In this document: positions 39,822-64,000 of the stretch, piece after piece
How positions within the stretch are numbered: position 1 is the stretch's first letter
Layout of the letters: the number at the start of each line of letters is the position of its first letter
NCBI GenBank assembly: GCA_963693365.1
Contig: CAVNZM010000006.1
Location: 11,225,355 to 11,289,354, forward strand
Source of the DNA: Amoebidium appalachense
Taxonomy: Eukaryota > Protista > Ichthyosporea
Direction of reading: 5' to 3'
DNA: 64,000 nucleotides
Notes under the pieces: generated by a model
What the model saw: only the letters and a program-made list of their open reading frames with translations
The model's database searches: none
Told to the model about the DNA's origin: nothing
Program-made: the position numbers and the translations under genes

Positions 39822-39868
<47 letters not shown>

Positions 39869-42339
39869 ATGCCCACCCGCCCCCACCACCTTTCTCGCAC
39901 CTGGGCCAACTTCTCTCCACACCACCCCTTCCCACCAATGGTCAGCAGCCCAACTGTTCACCCACACACGGCTCTGCGTAATCCCACTCCAGGCCCCCTT
40001 CTCTTAACACCTCTGCATCGTCATCCCCGGTGCCCTCCCCCCCCCCCCCCCCCCCCCCCCCAACCTTCAAACTCCAACCCCCCGCCCCTCTTCCCCTTTC
40101 GTCCACACACACACACGCACACACACACACAGGGCACACAGACACGTGCACACACGCACGCGCTCGCGCGCACAAACACACACACACACAAAAGCAAACA
40201 CTGCACCACCACCACCACCACCACCACCCACCCACCCACACCCACTCACACACCAAAGAGAGATAAACAGTAAGAATATGGGGAAAAAACTCAAGAACTG
40301 TATGGCCAAACCACCTCCCCCCTCCTCCCTCTCCCTCCCCCTCCCCCCCCGGGAAGCCATACAAACACAACCCCCCCACACATCCCAAAAGGGCTGCCCA
40401 TTAATCGCAAATTCACAAGTTTTCTAAACTCTAAACGGTATACGGTTCCCACGGTTTAAACTACACAGTCAAACATAGACACCTCAAACACAACAATTCA
40501 AGGAGGTACAGCCAGACAGACACCCGCCTTCAATATTTTGTTGCCGGGGGGGCCAGCAGTCTCTACCAGCAGCTCTATGTTCTGTGCAGCCACAGTCAGC
40601 AGGCCACCCAAGCAGTCACTGAATGCGTCACCCAGATTGTCCTGGTTGCGCATGAAGTAGTACATGCCGCTGGCTGCATCGCTCAGGGCTGACAGCAGCT
40701 GGGAGTCGTGGTCAGCCCCGTAGCCAAATGCATGCAGCATGATCTGCGGCATCATACGTGCACCCTGGAACGCACGGATCATCTCCGACGACGTCTGGAT
40801 GCCCTGCACGTGCTTATGTTAGCCTCATATCTAAAAGCCTACCATGGATCATTTAAATCCCCCCCCCCCCCCCCCCCCAAACACACCCCCCTCCCCCCAA
40901 CACCCGGCCCCCCCCCCCTCCCTCCAGTCCCTCCCCTCCCCCCCGACTATGCATTAAAATCTGTGCCCAGATACTATGCAATTACTCGTGCACAGCTTGA
41001 TCGTGCCTAGAATCATGGAATCACGATCGCGAGCGCTGGTAACTGCCACGCACACGTGCGCATCGGTGTGTATGTGCCTGCAACGGCTCTTTTCTAGAAC
41101 TTGTTAGCCAACAGGTCAGCCTGAGAAGCTACAAAACTTAGGACTGCACCACACCAATGGCCTATGCATCATAATCAACCAATCCATGTGCAAGCACTTT
41201 ATGGGCCGGGGTGCGATACGCAACACCAAATTACTTCAAGGCCGTTAAACGGGATACGGACATTCTTTTTCCCATTGCGTTTTCTCTCTTGTCTCCCCTC
41301 TTGCGGAAATCGACAATTTGTGGGTTTTGTTCAGAAGGCAGGTAAATTTGACAGAACGATAAGCATGGGCTAGATGTTGCTTAGCCACTGGCAGCCAATT
41401 TCCAGGCACATGCACCGTGATGCACATTCACCTAGGCAGCCAATTTCCAGGCACATGCACCGTGATGCACATTCACCTAGGCAGCCGCATGCAGGGGTAC
41501 TATTTTGTGCACTTACCACATTTGCCTGTCCGTCGGTAAACAGCAGCACAGCAGCAATCTCGTCCTGCTTGGCTGACTCCTACGGTTTGGGCTTCCAGTT
41601 AGGCTTCATGCAAACGGCGCCTTTCCACGCGCACCCCTAAGACTTATCTATAAACTTTAAGGTTTTCTTTACACCATATGCAAAACGTTTGTGTTGTGGC
41701 AACTCTAAAATTCACAAATCTCCACTGCCTGATTTGAACATACGGCCGGGCCACCTAATTGGCAGCAGCAAAAAGGTATACCCTGCTGTTGCTGGGAAAA
41801 AGCAAATGAAAAAACTACGTCTAAATTAAAAGTTAATTCCCGCTCCCACGCACCCACAATTGCAAACTTCTTCCGTTTGAAATGAAAATGTTACGACACC
41901 AGCAGGTCCTCACCTGCAGAATCTGCAGCCCCTTAAGCAGGCCCCCACTCAAGTTTGTGCCCCCGCCTGCGCACACACGTGCCAGGGCAGCACAAGCACG
42001 GGCACGATTCTCCTTGGTCATGGGGGTGATGGGCAGCAACACATCGACGGTGTTGTTAAACACAACAACCCCAAGGTGGTCACACGGCCGCAGCTGCCCA
42101 ATCCCAAATGTCACGCTCTGCTTGAGCAGTTCCAACTTGTCGCCCTCCATGCTGCCCGAGTTGTCCAGCACGTAGACAACACGCAGAGGGGCACGCTGCA
42201 CGGTGTCGAATTTCGGGGCCGTAAGGTTGACGAGACAGTAGATGTCTCGAGCGTGGTTGTACGCTACAGAGTCGGCCTCGACGTGTAGCTGCATGTTCAC
42301 ACACAAGGGTCCGCCAGCCTGCCCGTTTTCACCAACCAT
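37592..42339 (-). CDS. vWA-domain protein with Vwaint-like C-terminal helical region, about 498 aa, 6 exons
   Basis: Exons 42339-41914, 41579-41517, 40803-40528(40522), 39167-38936, 38425-38271, 37936-37592. MIDAS VLDNSGSMEG, GGGTNLSGGL, LLFTDGQAN, AFGYGADHD, AFSDCLGGLLTVAAQN, ERTRLDVAEALAEADRQA. Confidence 0.92.
41390..41485. repeat. 45-bp tandem duplication, intronic
   Basis: GGCAGCCAATTTCCAGGCACATGCACCGTGATGCACATTCACCTA twice. Confidence 0.9.
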
Positions 42340-43383
42340 GGCTGCGCTATCCGAATTATTTCCAGCGATTTTCGAAACCAAAACGTGAATGGTATCTGTG
42401 TAATCCTGCTCTTATTTTTCGTTCTCGAGATGAAAAAGTTTGACGCAAGTGACAGGATGATGGTAGAAGCTAGGCCTGCTTATATAGGTGCGTTCCAGCT
42501 CGGATCAGTTACGTCACCGGTTAAATGGAAGACGAAGCAGCAATCTAATGCTTAGAAATGATTTGTTTATCATGAGTTATAATAAATGTGTACGATACAA
42601 AACATTATAATCCACAAATATCACAGATGACGCATGGCGTTTTAGCGTAGTAACGTAATCACTTTGCTGCCGCAGCACTGGTGGCGCCACAGCTGGGGCT
42701 CCCGCTCGGCCCGGAGGCCCGGCCCTGCAGTCTGCCAGGCTGTGACTCAGTATGGCGCGCCGCCGCTGAGTAAAGAAGCAAGTAGTAAAGCAGCCAAAAA
42801 GAAATTGACAGCACAGGAAAAAAGGTTAGAGAAATAAAGAGGAAACAAAAGACAATACATACTGTACTGGAGAATTCGTTCTTGCATATGCGTCATTTTC
42901 GTGTGCGCAGCAGGCATCCAAATATGGCTACCTTTGGGCGCTACCCATTGGCTGGCGATTCTAGAGATCCTTCACATGCGCCAGTCACTGCACCAGAATT
43001 CGAACAGAAGTCTTGACTTCAACGGTCAAGTAACTTGAAGTAAGAGGTGCCGTGCTATACGTATACGCCAACAACTTGGCAGGATTCAGCCTAGAATAGT
43101 ACACAGCACGTTAGGTTTTTAGTGCAGCCTCGCCTGTGGCACTTTTTTTTACGGGGGCGCTAAGCATCTTTATAAGTGTTCTAGAGTAAGTGGCGGGGTT
43201 GTTGTTCGTTCTGAAAGGGCTAATTATATAAGTGGTGGTGTGCGAAGGTGCCTTTGCTTTCCACTCCCGTTCACCACCACAATCAATATACTGGGCAGTT
43301 TAGAGTGCGGCATGCAGGCCGAAGCAACCCGCCACACGTACTACCGGGCAAGGTAGGGGGCCCTACATACGCCTGGAAGCAAG
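42340..43383. promoter_or_regulatory. Divergent promoter region between the vWA and PIAS genes
   Basis: Microsatellite-free gap; TATATAA on the - strand at 42480-42486; CRE/AP-1-like words TGACGCAA (42441), TTACGTCA (42509), TGACGCA (42628), TGACTCA (about 42743), TGCGTCA (about 42889). Function is inferred. Confidence 0.45.
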
Positions 43384-52062
<8,679 letters not shown>

Positions 52063-52927
52063 GAGAATGGCTGCACCTTGCACGGCACGAATGATACGAA
52101 GAAGGCCTATTTGCACGTATGTGGTCTTACATGGATGCACGTAGTTAGTAATGAATGATTATAATACCAACTGCAAACATACCCTCATTGCGATACAGTC
52201 CCTCCTCTCTATTCCTTCCTGTTCAGTATGTGTTAGCTGTATTCATAGTGGCACCGTGTTGCGAGCATGCAATAGCTTTGCCTAGGATTGTAAATAGACG
52301 CAGGGCATGCTAAGGATGATTGTTTTCTTATAATTCGAACATAAATGAAATATTGACCATTGCACGTGCTGAAACCAGGATGACATTTTGTATTCATAGT
52401 CGACAGTGGGCAGTTTAAGGATAAGATTATCTACCAATTCAAAAAACACAGCTCTCTCTTGGACGACGTCAGTCCAATTGCAATTGACAAACTGAGCATA
52501 CGGGCATACTTGAATTAATAGTTGCTTGTTCACATTGATTCAAGTCTTTTATAGGCACAAGCACAAAGCCTGAGCCCTTGCACTATAGAGCACGCGTGTA
52601 CACAGACAACAAATAAGCAGACAGCAAGCAAATATAGATGAATGGACATTGCACAGTCCCGCAACCACACAGATGTTATGCACACTCACGACATTGCCAA
52701 GAGGCCCACCTGCACACACACGCACGCGCGCACGGACACACACACTCAAACACACATGGACACCCACACGTCACGCGCACAACCTGGGACCTCCTTCTGA
52801 AGAATATTCGGTGCCATCTTTTGAGTCATTATGGAAGCTGTGTGGCCCTGCACGCCGGCCTCAGTATACACTGCACAAGTGTAACGGTTTCTCCCCCTTC
52901 CCCCCCCCCCCCCCCCCCCCCCCCCCC

Positions 52928-52984
52928 GTGTATGCGTACTTCGTACCGTGTTCCGCATTCAACCCCCCCCCCCCCCCCCCCCCC
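52928..52984 (+). mobile_element. 3'-terminal fragment (about 35 bp) of the SINE-like repeat embedded in poly-C
   Basis: polyC-GTGTATGCGTACTTCGTACCGTGTTCCGCATTCAA-polyC. Confidence 0.65.
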
Positions 52985-54557
52985 CGCCCCCCCCCTCCCC
53001 GCTTTCCCGCCCTCCCCACCCCTTCCTCAACCACCACCACCTCCGCGAGCTCCTACGGTAGATCCTGCCATTTCCACAGCTGGAATCTGGGACATTCATG
53101 CAAATGATTAATTAATGTCAGTGCATTAATATTTCGAAGTCGAAGATGCCATCCGTGTCGATTTGAGATGATTGTCCCATGTTTAGCCTTTATCAATCGG
53201 AGTTCTTCTGTATAGACACACATGCATGACTTATTCTTTATGCATTCACACGGAGCTTATTTGTCTTGATCTTTTAAATTTGTGACTCAGCATCATGAGG
53301 TACTACCAATGTTGTACTCTGTCTCGAGGCTTCACACATGTCCTACTGCGCAGTGGCAAGGTTTGTTTATGTACACCAAGGTTGCGTGCCCAAAGCACTA
53401 TCTATTATACTGACATAGCATCATGCATGGGTATACAAAGCGCGCTATATATACCCACGAGAATAACAGAAATACGACGCCATATGTTAAGTGTTGCCGA
53501 CATCAAAAGTCTTTCAGTAACACAGCCTTACACAGGCCGGTCATGATGTATGGCGTAAAAACGTGTCAGTAACCGCACACAGGGTTGTCACGACTGGCTT
53601 CCGAGCCTCCGGGCCCAGTGACGTCATGGATTGTGGGCGCCCCCTGCACCACTGGATTTACTGGAAATTTGTATGCAATTTGTCATGTATAGTCTGTGCA
53701 CCAGGGTCCAATGAGTCGCATAAAGCTTTTTGAGTTGAAAAGTCACTAATAAAAAGCTTTATGTGTTTATAAAATATTTCTGGTAGAAATAAAATTCCCG
53801 AAGTGCTAATAACTACCCACAGGCGGACGATGCTCTTTCCCCTTTAGAGTTCTAAAATGAAACCCCTAGCCCTGTGGGCAGCTCATTGCGGTTGAGGAAA
53901 GAGACAGGGCTGGAATTGACCGTTGACCAATCATAATGCGCCGTGATCGCACACAGTTGTAGACTGCACTGAGCTGTGGCATCCTGGGTTCAACGACGGT
54001 CCCCCGCATCACCGTATTTTATGACGCTGCGTAGAAAGTGTTGGACACCGTCTACGATCCACATTAACAGGAAAACATAACTTAGGAATACATAATATAT
54101 AACTAGATCGTTTGTAGCTGTTATTAGAGCTTATTTGCGCATAAAACAAAGTTTAGATGTTTGTATGAGATACGAAATCATGTCGAATCTGGTGCAAGTT
54201 GATGAGCAGAACGAATAGCTTTGAGCGCGGTAAAATAAATGGGATCTTGGGATTGTATTGTGCCTTGTATGTTATGTAATGCAACCAACCCAAAAGCCGA
54301 CCAAATCATTTTGCATGCACCGAAAGGTATGAAAATGCAAGAAAGGTAGCCATAATTTAAATGCTAGAATTTGTTGAAAAAGAAAGCAACAATGCTACTA
54401 TTGACATTTAACTGTCATGCACATACTGTATCCGGGTCTAGTTTTCGACTGTTAGCAATTTGCCACGCTCCTCAGCCCACCATATAAACCCAGCAATCTG
54501 CGGCATTGTTCAATGTGGGCAACTTAGCAACTCTCGAGGGAGAGAATCGAACGCGAC

Positions 54558-54985
54558 ATGGGGTTTCTTTCGGTCCTTCGGGGCACCAAGAGGCAAAGAG
54601 CTTTTGGCCTGAAAGTTTCAGCGGCCTCAGACACCCGGTTGAACGCTGGCGATGAGGCAGGGCAGTCGGCGCCGTCCTCGCTGAAATCTGGGCAGTTTGC
54701 ACTGAGCCTGCCAAACCTGTCCGTGTTGTCGAAGAGGTCGAACAGCAGTGACAAGGAGGATGCGGTAAACATAAGCAGCAGCAGTCTCAAACCGGTGGCG
54801 GCGGCAGAGAGGCCTGTGGTCGTTTCCTTTAAGGTGTGTTGAAGCGTGTGTGTTTGCGTGTGAGCGTGTGTATGCGTGTGCGTTCGTGCGTTTGTGTATA
54901 CTTGGGTGCCTTGGTGTGCTTTCGTGTGTGCGTATGTGGGCGTTGTGTGTGTCTGTGTGTGTGTGGGGTGGGCGTTGTGTGTGTA

Positions 54986-55065
<80 letters not shown>

Positions 55066-55112
55066 CGCGTGTGCGTGTGCGTGCAAGCGTGTGTGTGGCT
55101 GTGTACACACAG

Positions 55113-55149
<37 letters not shown>

Positions 55150-55156
55150 TGTGTGA

Positions 55157-55236
<80 letters not shown>

Positions 55237-55251
55237 CTGTGTACACACACA

Positions 55252-55288
<37 letters not shown>

Positions 55289-55305
55289 TGTGTGAATGTG
55301 TGTGA

Positions 55306-55382
<77 letters not shown>

Positions 55383-55762
55383 CGTGTGTTTGCAAGTAGG
55401 CGTGTGCAAGCATGTGTCTGTGCGCACTAACGTGCTTGTGTTTGTGTTTATGTATTTGCGAGCTGCCGCTGGTTTTTGGGGAAGTGGCTTAGACAGGCAG
55501 AGGTTCGACTCTGAACCCTACCACGCTTTATTCGCTCCTTATATTCCGTTACTGATGCTTTGTGCCTGTGCAGAAGGGGACGGTAGACAACGGCCCAAGT
55601 GCACGGCTGGAGCGCACTGTTGGTCTGCTCCCACGGCAGCAGAAAAAAGACTTTATGAATGAGCAGGCCGCCATACGCAGGGAAAAGGAGGCGGTGGCAA
55701 AACGACAGCCACAGTTGATACGCGCAAACGAGAGGTTCTACAGGGCATACGAAGGATACTAG
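54558..55762 (+). CDS. Hypothetical protein of about 154 aa, 2 exons
   Basis: Exon 54558-54833 (..VVSFK|gtgtgt) joins in phase 0 to 55574-55762 (gtgcag|KGTVDNG...YRAYEGY*) across a GT-repeat intron; TATAAA at 54483. Confidence 0.6.
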
Positions 55763-55793
55763 ATGGGTAGCACGTAGAGTTGAAGGCATGAAG

Positions 55794-55853
55794 GGAACTT
55801 TGGCACTAGCCATGACGTGGAGAGGAACTTTGGCACTAGCCATGACGTGGAGA
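55794..55853. repeat. 30-bp tandem duplication just 3' of the stop codon
   Basis: GGAACTTTGGCACTAGCCATGACGTGGAGA twice. Confidence 0.9.
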
Positions 55854-56796
55854 GTGAAAGGACAAGCTGCGGGGTCAGGTATAGTGGCAGTTGGCTCCCT
55901 CCTGCCTCTTCCCTTGTGATTGTTATTTTTTATTTTATTTTTTCGTAGAAAAAAATCAATAAGGTTTTTAATCATTACACATATAAATGAATGAATGCTA
56001 AATCTTGAAAAGCTCCTAGCAACCAGCGAGCTGTAAGTCTAAACACCAGTAAGTTTTAGTTTGAGCACCTAATGAATCTCGTGTGCACCTAGTCTACAAG
56101 TCACGGTATAGTTGTACAAGGACTGCTTTATTCGTACCTGTAACACTGAAGGTTGCACTGAGCAAGAAACTTGCGGAAGTAGTAAACTGAATGTTTCGCA
56201 ATTGAACACATCTGGCGCTTCTTAATTTGGTGCACAAGGCGGCTTTTAAATCCAGCCCATTAAAGCACAAAAACGAAACAATAGTCTTGGCCATGGTTGG
56301 GCGAGAACCATGCAGGGGCTCAGCCACATATCGAAAGAGCCGTGGCAAGTGTTATGGGCACGGACGAAGAGTTCAGGAGGCTGGACTGTGTGGCCGAGAC
56401 CATGGGGCAGGGCTGCGGGTGTCAGCTGGGCCTCCAGAGAGGGTCTGTGTGGTAAGACATGAAGTGTTGCGTGTCCTGGGCAATAATGACGCAACTAATA
56501 AGACCAGACCATTATAAGTAAACCGACCAGAAAAGTAGCACGACTGTTGCAGGGCACTATAGTGGTAGGTTGTGGGCCACAAAGGGCAGGCGACTGCAAG
56601 AGCACTTTTATACCAAAAATGAAGTGGTGGCGGGGTTGCGGTGGGGCTGGCCCAGTGTGTGGCACTTGAGTGAGTAAATTTTGTGGGTGAGTGTGACTTG
56701 AGGAGCTTGAGGGAAAATGAAGAGAGGGGAAGGGGGTGGAGCAGAGGTGAAGAGAAACCGTGCAGAAGTTCTTAGCTTAAGCACACAAGCTCGCGT

Positions 56797-56881
56797 CAGC
56801 ATAGCTCATTCCTGCGAAGCTTCCACCCAGCTTCCAGCGCCAGCATAGCTCATTCCTGCGAAGCTTCCACCCAGCTTCCAG
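56797..56881. repeat. 44-bp tandem duplication
   Basis: CAGCATAGCTCATTCCTGCGAAGCTTCCACCCAGCTTCCAG twice. Confidence 0.9.
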
Positions 56882-57444
56882 TTAGAACCCAAAACCGGGC
56901 CGGGGAGGGAAACACCATGTCTCACTATAGGCACGCCGAATTCTCTGCTAGCAGCAGGTTAACTAGTGGGCTGGGTGGACAAAGATGTGTGATAACTGGC
57001 CCGTCCGTAGAAACAACACCACAGCTGGGCGCTGGTTACGAGCCTCACCACAGCCTGTGCACACCCACCACACACGACTCCGCACACGTGTGTGTTCACG
57101 AGAAAGAACCGGCCAAATGTACAAATGTGCACTCCTAGGCCCGCACTGTGCCACACTATGTTCAGAGGGCCGTGGCCAGAGCCTGACGATTACGTACGTA
57201 GCCTACCAGGTTCCAACGCACAGGAATTTGACTCGTTATTTATTTGAGCTATTTATTTGTCGATATTTTAGAACTAAGCACTTGGTGTGTTTGCCTGTGC
57301 ACGCCAGTCAACGAACCGGTTTGTCCAGATGAGTGCACGTGCATGCGTGACACACACACACGCGAGCAGCTTGTTTGGCACCCGCCCGCCACCACATGTT
57401 CACAGCGTCTCCATATGGGGTCGTATGGGGTCTAGCGACCCGCC

Positions 57445-63702
<6,258 letters not shown>

Positions 63703-63708
63703 GTGGGT

Positions 63709-64000
<292 letters not shown>

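Noticed and set aside
55484-55517. A-box and B-box-like words (TGGCTTAGACAGG, GGTTCGACTC)
   Set aside because: They are only a few bases apart and no cloverleaf forms.

Overview
Eukaryotic nuclear DNA from an intron-rich, gene-dense genome. The animal-like PCMT and PIAS genes suggest a unicellular opisthokont or holozoan, but the species cannot be fixed from this sequence. Most entries in the ORF track are artefacts of (CA)n/(GT)n and poly-G/poly-C tracts. Joining exons by hand gave frame-consistent spliced models for six recognisable genes: an ankyrin-repeat protein (-, one frameshift in a G7 run), an APC-family amino-acid permease (+), a CAP/SCP protein (-), protein-L-isoaspartate O-methyltransferase (+), a vWA/Vwaint-type protein (-) and a 14-exon PIAS/SIZ SUMO E3 ligase (+). 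Five hypothetical genes were also modelled. No CRISPR array, rRNA or convincing tRNA was seen. The most interesting signals are (1) a dispersed, 5'-truncated SINE-like repeat whose fixed 3' end always abuts poly-C, (2) microsatellites fused directly to splice sites, including an intron bracketed by complementary (GT)n and (CA)n, (3) a triplicated 3' splice site in PIAS that may have created a new intron, and (4) a GC-AG intron and a phase-ambiguous donor in PCMT. All exon models are manual and lack RNA support.
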